From positions 1 to 36,297 of IMG/VR virus record IMGVR_UViG_3300014775_000700: a stretch of 36,297 nt of DNA; one strand, given 5' to 3'. The stretch is from a virus. Taxonomy: Duplodnaviria > Caudoviricetes. This document shows, piece after piece, positions 20,101-28,774 of this stretch (the stretch's first letter is position 1; every line of letters begins with the position of its first letter). Below the pieces are notes generated by a model. The model was not told the DNA's origin. It ran no database searches and saw nothing but the letters and a program-made list of their open reading frames with translations. A program made the position numbers and the translations under genes.

Positions 20101-23100
20101 AAGAAAACATGTATTAGTACCTATACAGATAATAAAAATAGATAAAATGTCTAAAGGTTTTGTTGCAACATTCAACAAACCTGTGCCTTTTGACATAGAT
20201 GATGTTGTCGGTTTACAAGGTATTACTGACGAAATAGATGGATTCTACAAAGTTAAACAAAAAACTCTTAATACATGTACTTTCTATACTAATATTCCTA
20301 TTTCTGAAGAATCTATAGATTTAAGTGATAGTACAATAGGTATTGTAAGTCAGCTAGATAGTAGACGTTTTGCTACATTAGATGAAGTAAATCAAAAACT
20401 AAAAATATATGATGTAAAAGAAAAAGACAAACTTTGGATCGACGATAACAATACTGGCAAGTTTGAAGTGTTTGAAAATAGTGCTGTGTTTGCACTACAA
20501 CAAGAAATGCCAAATCCAGTAAGTCCGGTAGCAGATGCTGATTATGCAACAGCTATTGCAACTAATGGAAATAACACAACTCTAGCAGTTGGAATGCCAG
20601 GCGACAATCACAGTGGCGCAGTCTACATTTACAACAGATTAAGCGAAACTAATGATTATACCTTGTTGCAAAAAATAACAAGTAACACACTAAACAGTCA
20701 ACAAGTTGCATTTGCAACCAACACTAATCCTGTGCGTGTTACTACATCGGGTAATCACGGATTTACAACATACCAGCAAGTTGTGTTTGATGAAATAACA
20801 CTAGGTATGACAGAACTAAGTGAAAACAGTTATTACATAGAAGTATTTGATGATCAAAACTTTGATTTGTACACAGACATATCTTTAACAAATACAGTTG
20901 ACGGTACTGCTTATGGTGCATGGGACGTTGCTGTAGATGCTAATGCAACAACTGGCGACTTATATGACATAGGCGCAAACTTTGGTAGTAGTGTTGCAAT
21001 AACAGACAATGGGCAGTATTTGTTTATTGGTGCTCCGCTTGCTACAAACGTAAAAACATTCTACAAAGGTGAGTTTGATCCTGATGCAACATATGTAGCA
21101 GGTGATATTGTAAGTGACAGAGGAACGTTCTGGAAAGCAAAGGTCACTGTAGTAGGTGATGGAAGCACTATTAATCAGTTTAACCAAGATTGGCAAACAC
21201 AAAATGTAGTTGTAAATGATATTACAGGCTATGCAAGCGGATTACAAAACCAAGGTGTTGTACACATTTACAAAAAACAATCAAATGGTAGTTTTGTAGA
21301 AAGTAGTGCTGTAATCAGTCCTTTAGCACAAGACGTAGAAAACTTTGGATCTGCTATTAAAGTAGCAACAAAAGCAGATGAAACACATAGAGTGTTTATA
21401 AAAGGAGAAACCGAAAACGGTAGATTATATTTCCTTAACAATCAAACACAAGATGCTGATTTCTTTGAATACACTAGAGATAGAGCTTACAAAGGAACAT
21501 TTAGTCCATTGACACAGTATGTTGTTGATGAAGTTGTATACGAAAGCGGAAAACTTTACAAAGCATTGGTAAATCTATTACCTGGATTGTTTGACGTTAA
21601 CGATTGGGAAGAACTATCTACAGCAATAGATTACAATGGATTTATTCCAAGTTTTACTGACGTATTGTCAACAGATGGCGACAGCACTATTGCTGATACA
21701 TTGAATATTGCAGGATCATTTGATGTCAGTAAAAACGGTGAAGTTTTAATCATTACAAATACTTTACCAACAGGCGAAAATAGAGTAAGCGTTTACAGAT
21801 TAGAAAATGGTAGATATACTCATAGTGAAAACATTGATTCACCTGTTGACGGCGAAGCATTTGGTTATACAAATAGTGCTATCAGCGACGACGGTAGACG
21901 CATTGCAGTAGGTAGTGTTCTATCAGACGAAAATGGTATTGATAACGGTAAAGTTTATGTATTCAAATATGACGGAACTAGTTTTGTCCTAGATCAAGAG
22001 TTGTTTTCTCCAGAAGGACAGAAAAACGAACTATTTGGATATGACTTAGATTTTAGTTTTAATAGACTTGCAGTTTTAAGTTTGAATGGTGATACTAACA
22101 CATACATTACATTTGATGGACAAGAAACATATTTTGATAATGCAGCAACTTCCTTCAAAGACACTGTAAAAAATACTGGACAAGTTTACATGTTTGAAAA
22201 TGTAAATGAAGTTCTAGTTTATGCAGAACAAATGACTTATAATAGAGATGTAAGCACTGCAAGAAATCCTATTATTAGATTAAGTAAAAACCATTTGGTA
22301 GTCGGGTTGCCAGGTGCAGATTACAATGAAGGCGCAGCAACAGGATTAGTTGTTGACTTTAGAAGCAATATAGGTAGCACTGCATGGACAAGTATTTCTG
22401 TAGCAGCAGATTTTGTTGATATTAACAAACTCAAAGGCGTATTTTTATATGATAGAACAACACAGGATATTGTATCATATCTTGATTATATCGATCCTAT
22501 ACAAGGAAAAATAGCAGGACCAGCAGAACAAGCTCTTGATTATAAGTTGTATTATGATCCTGCTGTGTATACAACTGGTGTAACAACAACAGGAAATGCA
22601 AATCCTTGGGTAGACGAATATGTAGGAAAACTGTGGTGGGATCTAAGCACAGTAAAATGGTTTAATCCTTACCAAGGAAATACAGAATACAGAGCTAATA
22701 ACTGGAACAAAATACTTAACACATTCTCAGTTGATGTATATGAATGGGTAGGTAGTTTTTATAAACCAACCGAATGGGATCAACTTAGTGGAACAGTAGC
22801 AGGTGAAAGTTTAGGAATCACTGGTACAACAAAGTACGGCGATACAACATATACAACTAAAAAAGTTTACAACGAAGTTACTAAAAAGTTTGAAAACAAA
22901 TATTACTATTGGGTAAAAGACACTGTTGTATTACCTGAAAATGTAGAAAGAAATCTTACAGCTAATGAAGTTGCAAATCTTATTTTAGATCCTGCGGCAC
23001 AAGGATACAGATTTGTAGCATTTTATGGCAATGATAGATTTGGCTTATACAATATTAAAAATCTTGTAAAAGATACTGATACTGTTTTACATATTGAATA

Positions 23101-26100
23101 TGATACACTAGATGATTATTCTAATAATATTCACAGTGAATATCAGTTGTTAACAGAAGGTTTAGCAACAAGTAAGCCTAATGCAGACATTATACAAAAA
23201 TGGGAAGACAGTTTAGTCGGATATGATAAAAATGCTAATCAGTTACCTGATCAGAATATCAGTGTTGCTCGTAGATATGGTATTTTAAACAATCCAAATC
23301 AAAGCATGTTTATCAACAAAACAGAAGCATTAAAGCAAGTTATTGAAAGAGTAAACGGTGTATTAGCATCTAAGCTGATTGTTGACGATTTTGACATATC
23401 GCCGTTAACTAAATCAGATCCTAAACCAAGTGCATATAGTCGTACTTGGGATACAAGCATTGCTTCGGAATCGTTGTTGAGATTTGTAGGTGTTGCAAGA
23501 ATAGAAAGAGCAGTACTTACACCTACAGTTGTTGATGGAAAAATAACTGACGTTACTATTGTAAATGCAGGTAGAGGATATATTGATCCTATTTACAGCG
23601 GCACTGGTGACAGATTAGGTCCAACTGTTGACATAAATGGCACAGGTAGTGGTGCAAAAATACAAACATATATTAACAATCTTGGACAAATAACTAGAGC
23701 AGTAGTTGTAAAACAAGGTAGAGATTACAAAAGCAACACTACATTAACTGTTCGTAGATTTACAGTGCTTGTTGAAAATGACAGTAGTCTTGGAGGATTC
23801 TGGGCTCTATACACATACGATCCAACCAGCCAAGAATGGTTTAGAATAGATACACAAAACTATGATACAAATCTATATTGGGACTATATTGATTGGTATG
23901 AAGACGGATACGACGAAGATACAAATATTGATTTCTTAATAGATGCAAGTTATCAACTGGATGGCTTAGATGATTACTTAGGTGCAGTGGTAAAAATACA
24001 AACAATCGGCACCGGTGGCTGGTTACTTCTAAAAAAAGTAGATAACCAACCCAATGTTGATTATACAGTGAACTATCAAACCGTAGGTAGAGAAAACGGT
24101 ACTATTCAGTTTAGCGAACTTCTATACAATAGTTCAACAACAGGTTTTGACAATCAAGTTTATGATGCTGTATTGTACGATAGAGAACCTGTAGAAGAAA
24201 CTCGTATAATCCTGTCAACCTTACAAAATAATATATTTGTAGACGAACTAGAAGTAGAATGGAATAACTTGTTCTTTGCAAGTGTAAGATATGCAATGAG
24301 TGAACAGGTAAATCTAGATTGGATTTTCAAAACAAGTTTTGTTAGAGCAATACACAATGTCGGTGAACTAGAACAGAGTGTTACATATAAAAATAATAAT
24401 CTAAGCAACTATCAAGACTATGTTCATGAAGTAAAACCATATAGTACAAAAATCAGAGAATATATCAGTAGTTACGAAAATGTAGACCCTACACAAACTT
24501 CTACAACTGATTTTGATTTACCACCTTACTATTCAACAGCAGATGGAAAAATCATCACTGAAAATATTAAGATGGTAGATAATACATTACAAGGATTAAC
24601 TATTGATACTATTCAGTATCCTCGTAGACATTGGTTTGAAAATATCGGTTTTGAAATCAAAGAAATAGTTGTTTACGAAGGTGGTAGTGGATGGACAGAA
24701 GCACCTGTTGTAACTATAAGCGGTGGCGGCGGACCAACTTTAACAGGTTATGGTAGACTTATTGGTGATAAGGTAAACTTTATTGATATTAATACAACTA
24801 ATGCAAAATATATCAGTGCGCCTACTGTTACATTTAATGGATCTAACGAAGATGGTACTGAAGCAAAAGCAGTAGTTATTTTAGGAAGCGGTCAAACACG
24901 AGCTACACACATGACAATGAAGTTTGACAGAACAAGCGGAAATGTCTTTATAACAGATTTGAATCCTACCGCAAATGGTTACGAAGAGTTTACAGGTGAC
25001 GGTGGAACAAATGAGTTTAATCTTATTTGGCCTATGAATCTAAACACTACACAAATCACTATAACAGTAGATGGTGTAGAACAGCTTTCAACAGATTATG
25101 TAGCATCAAATCAAGTAGATAATACAAAATCATATAGCAGATATAAAGGTAAGATTACATTTGTAAATGCTCCAGCATCAGGCAGCAATATTAAAATATA
25201 TTACAAAAAAGATATTACTATGTTAGATGCTGCTGATAGAATATCTTATTTCTATAATCCTACAACTGGCATGATTGGTAACGATTTAAGCCAGTTAATG
25301 GATGGTGTAGAATACAGCGGAGTAAGTGTTGATAGTTATGGATTTGGAACCGAAAGCGGATTTGACACAAGCAAGTTTGCAAGCACACCTTTTGATACAT
25401 ATGACAGCACATATGAAGATGAAATAATAACACTTGATGCAAGTATTAATGTTCTAGAACTTAGTGCGCCATTAGAATCAGGTGTAACATACAACATTTA
25501 TAAAAACAACATAAGAATAGATGACCCTCAATGGGACGGTAGTAGTGTTGTAAATAATCCAAATGCAATGATGCCTAGTATTATAGGCGACGGTATTACT
25601 AATACTATTGTATTAAATGATTATGATATTGCAGGTGATGATGGTGATACATTTGTTGTTAGAAAATCAACCAGTGACGGCAGCTTTACACCGAGCAGTA
25701 CAGTTTATGATGTTGCTTTAAGTGGCGGCTCTATTCCACAAGGCAGCACTGCATTAGGTATTAATGCTGGAGAAATAGTTGTTGACGGTGACGGTTTTGT
25801 CACACCTACAACTAGCAAAGGTCCAGAAGAACTTGTTCCTGGACAGCTTATTGATACATTAGATATGAAAGTTTATAACAGAGTAAACGACGGTAATGGT
25901 ATCATTACTACTCATACTTATGTAACCGATGGTGATACTAGCAGTTTTGCTATCAATGCATTACCACAATCTCAAAATGATGTTATTGTTAAAATAGGCG
26001 ATTATATTTTAGATGAATCACAATATACTGTTGATTGGACTGCAAGTAGATTAGAAATATCTGATAGTTCTATGCTGTCTGCAGGACAAAAAGTTTACAT

Positions 26101-28144
26101 TGTATTAGTAGGTAGCAGTGGAGAAAATATTATTGATAGAGATAGATTTATCGCTGATGGTAATACATTAGTATTCTCAACTCCTACACCGTATACAACT
26201 GAAATAACAGCATTTGTAACTATCAACGGTGTTGTTAACAACAACTTTAGTTTAAAAGAATCTGCTACAGGGTTTGTTGATATTGAGCTAACAAGCAAAC
26301 CAGGAAGTGGAACATTTATAGATTACACATTATTTGAAGGAACAGATAGAAACTATAGTTTAATCGAAGTCGATAACAGTTTTGTTGCAGACGGACAACA
26401 AGTACACTATACATTCCCTACTTTACCTATTGGTAAAATACCCACAGCAAATAATATTCTTGTAAGAGTAGATAACACAATACTAAATCCTGGTTATAAC
26501 AAAAAAATCACACTTACAACTGCTAGAAGTTATGACATTGATAGATGGCAGTTTGAAGATTATAGTACACTAAGAAAATCTGATTTTGTTATCTTTATTG
26601 ACGGTGAAGTATTAGAAGAACAACTATATTACTACGACACGTTAAATGGAAGAATAACTATTACAACAACCAGCGTTGGTCTTCCAGGACAAACTATGGA
26701 AATGTTTGTTATAAGAGATGCTGAATATTATTTCATAGACACAGTAGTAAAGATTACTAATGCTGAAAGTTTAGATTTAGAACTTAACAACACTTATGAA
26801 CTTTCAGCAGGTGATAGTGCAAGTGCAACTGTTCTAGTAACCAAAGTAGAAGGTGATTTAGTTACATTCTGTGGATATGTAAGATCATTAGAAGATGTTA
26901 CTCGTGCAGGACAAGACGACGATATTACACTTGATGATAGTACAGTAATAACTATTGAAGAAATAAACTACGTACAAACTGATGTTATAACATTTGCAAC
27001 TGCACCTGCAGACGGTGCTGATGTTAAAATATACACTTTCAGCAATCACGATGTTAATCAGTTTGAAAGAATAAGTTTAGACGTTATTGTAAGAGCAAGT
27101 ACTAGTGCTCCTGAAGGGTCAGATCAGTATATTGATCAAAAACTATTAACAGACGGCGTAATACGTTTACGTCAACCTGCTGTAAGCAGTGAATATGTTT
27201 GGGTAGTAAAAGACGGCGTGCTTCTAACAGCTGGAGTAGATTATTCTCTAAACCCAGATTTACAAAGTATTAGTATTGCTAAAAAACTACGTCAAGGTCA
27301 AAATATACAAGTGTTGCAGTTCGCAGCTCCTATAAGTAGACCTAAGTTTGGTTTCAGAATCTTTAAAGACATGTTGAATAGAAATCATTTCAAACGTCTA
27401 AACAAAGATAATGAATACAAACTTGCAGAAAATCTAAACTATTACGATTTGAGTATAGTCCTTGAAAGTGCTGACGACTTGCCTGAACCTAACAGGAATA
27501 TTGATCAGCCTGGTATTATTTGGATAGAAGGCGAACGTATCGAATATTATATCAAAGACGGCACAGTTTTAAAACAACTACGTAGAGGTACATTAGGTAC
27601 TGGTATTGGCTTGCAATATGCAAAAGGTAGTATTGTAAGCGGACAAGGACCTGAAGAAACAATCCCTTACAAAGAACAAACACTAACTCAGGTTCTTATT
27701 GCTGACGGTAGCACTGCTGCTATTGAATATACACTTGATTTTGATATTTGGGCCGCAGCTACAAACTATAAAAACAACACAGGTACAAGTAGAGAAATAG
27801 AAGACATTGCTAGAGACTTTATTGATGTTTATTTAGGAGGCACACTTTTAAGAAAAACAACAACTACACACTTTGATAAATCTGTCGGTCTTGATAGTGG
27901 AGATGCTAATGCTGATTACACTGTTCCGCCTGATTTTACTGTTGATGCAAACAACAATATTTTCATACAACCTAGAAATATTGAAACAGGAGAAATCATA
28001 TCTCCTAGCGAATATGACGCTCAACAAATAAAAATAGTTAGAAGAATCGGGCAAGTTTGGAACGATGACGGAAAATCACTAAGTGATAGCACAAATCAAA
28101 TAGCAAGATTTATAAAGGACAAAACAATATCGCTGGTACGATAA
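14171..28144 (+). CDS. Giant multidomain virion structural protein (4657 aa), in the gp7 position of the baseplate cluster
   Basis: Uninterrupted 14 kb ORF after gp6. Contains CBM5/12-like, FG-GAP-like, GxGY and (G/A)DG repeat modules. Confidence 0.8.
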   Translation: MAYNDDQNEYPVPTNGNSTRKSSDLLPRYFRTSTNKKFLGSTLDQFTNPGVVEKINAFVGSREAKAVKIDDNYLADISKNREAYQLAPAAVVKDNIDNVTFYKDYNDYIGLLDSFAANTDNHSSLNSQEFYAWDPHIDFDKFVNFREYYWLANGPQEVPIRGQSKSIVSTYKVTLVQDDDNYAFLFNDNPVRNPKIKLYRGQTYRFEIETPGHPFSLATNRAFAPGIGIEDSSVISTLYEEGVTLTIDDTDTLVNRADYIQDGYVEKGVLEFTVPENAPDSLYYISQYSLDTSGQFQIFNIEENSEINVEEEILGKKTYTTSDGWNLSNGMKVYFIGNVTPSKYSTGLFYVDGVGSNITLTSVNDLQVPAIFTQDSLVPFDVYGFDRLPFGDALSFAGSKDYVVMARTDGGKNAWARYNRWFHRDVIEKSAEINGIADFGLDESLRAKRPIIEFESGLRLYNHGTKTKQFVDLVDTFTQDVFSTIEGSIGYNIDGIDLVEGMRVLFTGDQDSFVNGKIYEVKFILHNNETQISLVETLDTLPEQDETVLVRSGNDYAGRMFWYNGTEWKLAQDKTGLNQFPKFDMFDVNGISLSDADVYPTSNFRGNRVFAYRVGEGSNDTELGFPISYRNIENIGDIVFDFDLLSDTYSYEENNVVKNIDSDTCYLKRYNINGIDFSYVNAWKKANRKSRQFVVRKYTGQERVNKFAIDVYNNSGLLTDLEVRVYINNDLKIENTDYTFVVENNIKKIKFTNNIDLNDIVIIKTFSSAAKNKNGYYEVPSNLERNPLNQNIVEFTLGQVNDHVDGLVAEIPNFTGVQPGRNNLRDLGNVSQYGRKFVQHSGSIVGPLYHLAQKSSNIVKSIRFARNEYSKFKKAFLKIATDTGFDGPTKAFVDHVLQEFAKDKTKNMPFYNSDMLGIGGAKKLTYNVLDENNEYYAVSTPFTLDTLSRKAINVYLNDVQLIHKKDYVFTSEGFVQITATLAVDDVIDIYEYETTEGTYIPQTPTKLGMYPSFEPIKFVDTSYAQPTEVIRGHDGSLVVAYGDYRDDLLLDLEKRIYNNLKVEYNTSIFDIYDYIEGENRNVNLKKEDLNAVMISDFNKWLKTVGNQDYTDNSFVTQGVPFTYNYSKSSSPTGKKLPGFWRAVYKQAFDTDRPHTHPWEMLGFSSQPTWWQQVYGPAPYTRDNLILWQDLEQGAIKEPGQPVRRLKKFVRPGLTNHIPVDEFGRLLSPLQSNYAREFSYITSKNIKFKFGDEAPTETAWRRSSDYPFSLLTAMLLNRPAQVFGIGFERSYITRDVAGNLVSTISHKRQSLQDTVFPKTKTDGNINLTCGLVNYISAFMSNNLTTSYENYIFDLQNIKTQLGFKLGGFADKSKLRLVLDSRTPLNEGNVFVPDENYSIFLATSSTQEVVTYSGVIVEKTGSGYKIKGYDLENPRFTYLPHLVTDKDPVVNVGGISESFIEWSEDKTYVAGKVVRYDGSFFRVKQNHTSGSTFDATLYSKLSDLPLVGGNNAIFRKNFAKVSTTLEYGSVLTDYQQVVDFLLGYGKYLESLGFSFEYFNRANESIENWTLITKEFLFWTTQNWSAGTVIALSPGANNLTFERDYYVVDNVFDSLYDYSILKVNGSKLSNGNIGITRDNRNIFVLEPKNTEDGIYFARLPLIQKEHAVLIDNTTVFNDVIYSPEPGYRQERIKVVGYRTDDWNGSLNIPGFVYDEAKVEEWKDWKDYSIGDLIKFKEFYYSAKYSHAGKSTFDYNDWTKLESRPESSLKANWDYRSAQFNDFYDLDTDNFDSEQQRLAQHLIGYQKRKYLENIIQDDVSQYKFYQGMIQDKGTNNALTKLFDKLGSANKDSLEFNEEWAIRVGQYGSIDTFEEVEYKLDESQFRIEPQTVELVSSVDITRTDLVYQYPRKDVYLESTDYNHAPFPTTYSAEEYTKTGGYVKLDQINFFAKSENDIFAFDINKLEINKYVWIPQVKQTWDVRKHVLVPIQIIKIDKMSKGFVATFNKPVPFDIDDVVGLQGITDEIDGFYKVKQKTLNTCTFYTNIPISEESIDLSDSTIGIVSQLDSRRFATLDEVNQKLKIYDVKEKDKLWIDDNNTGKFEVFENSAVFALQQEMPNPVSPVADADYATAIATNGNNTTLAVGMPGDNHSGAVYIYNRLSETNDYTLLQKITSNTLNSQQVAFATNTNPVRVTTSGNHGFTTYQQVVFDEITLGMTELSENSYYIEVFDDQNFDLYTDISLTNTVDGTAYGAWDVAVDANATTGDLYDIGANFGSSVAITDNGQYLFIGAPLATNVKTFYKGEFDPDATYVAGDIVSDRGTFWKAKVTVVGDGSTINQFNQDWQTQNVVVNDITGYASGLQNQGVVHIYKKQSNGSFVESSAVISPLAQDVENFGSAIKVATKADETHRVFIKGETENGRLYFLNNQTQDADFFEYTRDRAYKGTFSPLTQYVVDEVVYESGKLYKALVNLLPGLFDVNDWEELSTAIDYNGFIPSFTDVLSTDGDSTIADTLNIAGSFDVSKNGEVLIITNTLPTGENRVSVYRLENGRYTHSENIDSPVDGEAFGYTNSAISDDGRRIAVGSVLSDENGIDNGKVYVFKYDGTSFVLDQELFSPEGQKNELFGYDLDFSFNRLAVLSLNGDTNTYITFDGQETYFDNAATSFKDTVKNTGQVYMFENVNEVLVYAEQMTYNRDVSTARNPIIRLSKNHLVVGLPGADYNEGAATGLVVDFRSNIGSTAWTSISVAADFVDINKLKGVFLYDRTTQDIVSYLDYIDPIQGKIAGPAEQALDYKLYYDPAVYTTGVTTTGNANPWVDEYVGKLWWDLSTVKWFNPYQGNTEYRANNWNKILNTFSVDVYEWVGSFYKPTEWDQLSGTVAGESLGITGTTKYGDTTYTTKKVYNEVTKKFENKYYYWVKDTVVLPENVERNLTANEVANLILDPAAQGYRFVAFYGNDRFGLYNIKNLVKDTDTVLHIEYDTLDDYSNNIHSEYQLLTEGLATSKPNADIIQKWEDSLVGYDKNANQLPDQNISVARRYGILNNPNQSMFINKTEALKQVIERVNGVLASKLIVDDFDISPLTKSDPKPSAYSRTWDTSIASESLLRFVGVARIERAVLTPTVVDGKITDVTIVNAGRGYIDPIYSGTGDRLGPTVDINGTGSGAKIQTYINNLGQITRAVVVKQGRDYKSNTTLTVRRFTVLVENDSSLGGFWALYTYDPTSQEWFRIDTQNYDTNLYWDYIDWYEDGYDEDTNIDFLIDASYQLDGLDDYLGAVVKIQTIGTGGWLLLKKVDNQPNVDYTVNYQTVGRENGTIQFSELLYNSSTTGFDNQVYDAVLYDREPVEETRIILSTLQNNIFVDELEVEWNNLFFASVRYAMSEQVNLDWIFKTSFVRAIHNVGELEQSVTYKNNNLSNYQDYVHEVKPYSTKIREYISSYENVDPTQTSTTDFDLPPYYSTADGKIITENIKMVDNTLQGLTIDTIQYPRRHWFENIGFEIKEIVVYEGGSGWTEAPVVTISGGGGPTLTGYGRLIGDKVNFIDINTTNAKYISAPTVTFNGSNEDGTEAKAVVILGSGQTRATHMTMKFDRTSGNVFITDLNPTANGYEEFTGDGGTNEFNLIWPMNLNTTQITITVDGVEQLSTDYVASNQVDNTKSYSRYKGKITFVNAPASGSNIKIYYKKDITMLDAADRISYFYNPTTGMIGNDLSQLMDGVEYSGVSVDSYGFGTESGFDTSKFASTPFDTYDSTYEDEIITLDASINVLELSAPLESGVTYNIYKNNIRIDDPQWDGSSVVNNPNAMMPSIIGDGITNTIVLNDYDIAGDDGDTFVVRKSTSDGSFTPSSTVYDVALSGGSIPQGSTALGINAGEIVVDGDGFVTPTTSKGPEELVPGQLIDTLDMKVYNRVNDGNGIITTHTYVTDGDTSSFAINALPQSQNDVIVKIGDYILDESQYTVDWTASRLEISDSSMLSAGQKVYIVLVGSSGENIIDRDRFIADGNTLVFSTPTPYTTEITAFVTINGVVNNNFSLKESATGFVDIELTSKPGSGTFIDYTLFEGTDRNYSLIEVDNSFVADGQQVHYTFPTLPIGKIPTANNILVRVDNTILNPGYNKKITLTTARSYDIDRWQFEDYSTLRKSDFVIFIDGEVLEEQLYYYDTLNGRITITTTSVGLPGQTMEMFVIRDAEYYFIDTVVKITNAESLDLELNNTYELSAGDSASATVLVTKVEGDLVTFCGYVRSLEDVTRAGQDDDITLDDSTVITIEEINYVQTDVITFATAPADGADVKIYTFSNHDVNQFERISLDVIVRASTSAPEGSDQYIDQKLLTDGVIRLRQPAVSSEYVWVVKDGVLLTAGVDYSLNPDLQSISIAKKLRQGQNIQVLQFAAPISRPKFGFRIFKDMLNRNHFKRLNKDNEYKLAENLNYYDLSIVLESADDLPEPNRNIDQPGIIWIEGERIEYYIKDGTVLKQLRRGTLGTGIGLQYAKGSIVSGQGPEETIPYKEQTLTQVLIADGSTAAIEYTLDFDIWAAATNYKNNTGTSREIEDIARDFIDVYLGGTLLRKTTTTHFDKSVGLDSGDANADYTVPPDFTVDANNNIFIQPRNIETGEIISPSEYDAQQIKIVRRIGQVWNDDGKSLSDSTNQIARFIKDKTISLVR

Positions 28145-28147
28145 ATA
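28140..28147 (+). promoter_or_regulatory. Putative late promoter (GATAAATA)
   Basis: Overlaps the giant-gene stop, upstream of an AGGA RBS and the ATG at 28166. Confidence 0.65.
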
Positions 28148-28165
28148 CAGTATAGGTAGGATAAC

Positions 28166-28774
28166 ATGACAAAAACTGACGAACATAGTGGTGTACACAT
28201 AGTAGGACACATTAAAATATTTAACCCTGAAAACGGTCACGTTTATATTGATAAACGTAATGCCATTCATTACGAAAATATGAGTATAAGTCTAGCCGAA
28301 AGTTTGGGTAATGCCGGCGAAGGTTTTATATATGAAATGGCCTTTGGTAACGGAGGCACAAGCGTTGACCCAACAGGTATTATTACATACTTAACACCAA
28401 ACAGTACTGGTACAAATGCAAGTTTGTACAACGAAACCTATGCAAAAGTTGTTGATGATAATAGTGTTAACAACACAGATCCTACAAGAAACAAAATAGA
28501 AACTCGTCATATTAGTGGTACAAACTACACTGACATTATTGTAAGTTGTTTACTAGATTACGGTGAACCAGACGGACAAGATGCTTTTGATACAGCCAGC
28601 GACACAGACCAACTTTATGTTTTTGACGAGTTAGGCTTGAAAGGTTATACAACTGACGGTACCGAAAGACTGTTAACTCATGTTATTTTCCATCCAGTAC
28701 AAAAAGCACTAAACAGACTTATTCAAATAGATTATACTGTTAGAGTACAAAGCCTTAGCGGAGGGAATAGCTAA
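28166..28774 (+). CDS. Virion structural protein, probably baseplate (202 aa)
   Basis: Motifs GHIKI...NAIH, MAFGNGG, FDELGL and LLTHVIFHPVQKALNR...IDYTVR. Sits between baseplate and fibre genes. Confidence 0.65.
   Translation: MTKTDEHSGVHIVGHIKIFNPENGHVYIDKRNAIHYENMSISLAESLGNAGEGFIYEMAFGNGGTSVDPTGIITYLTPNSTGTNASLYNETYAKVVDDNSVNNTDPTRNKIETRHISGTNYTDIIVSCLLDYGEPDGQDAFDTASDTDQLYVFDELGLKGYTTDGTERLLTHVIFHPVQKALNRLIQIDYTVRVQSLSGGNS

Noticed and set aside
14171-28144. Intein or intron explaining the giant ORF size
   Set aside because: I recognised no intein splice-junction or homing-endonuclease (LAGLIDADG/HNH) motifs; the length is accounted for by structural modules.
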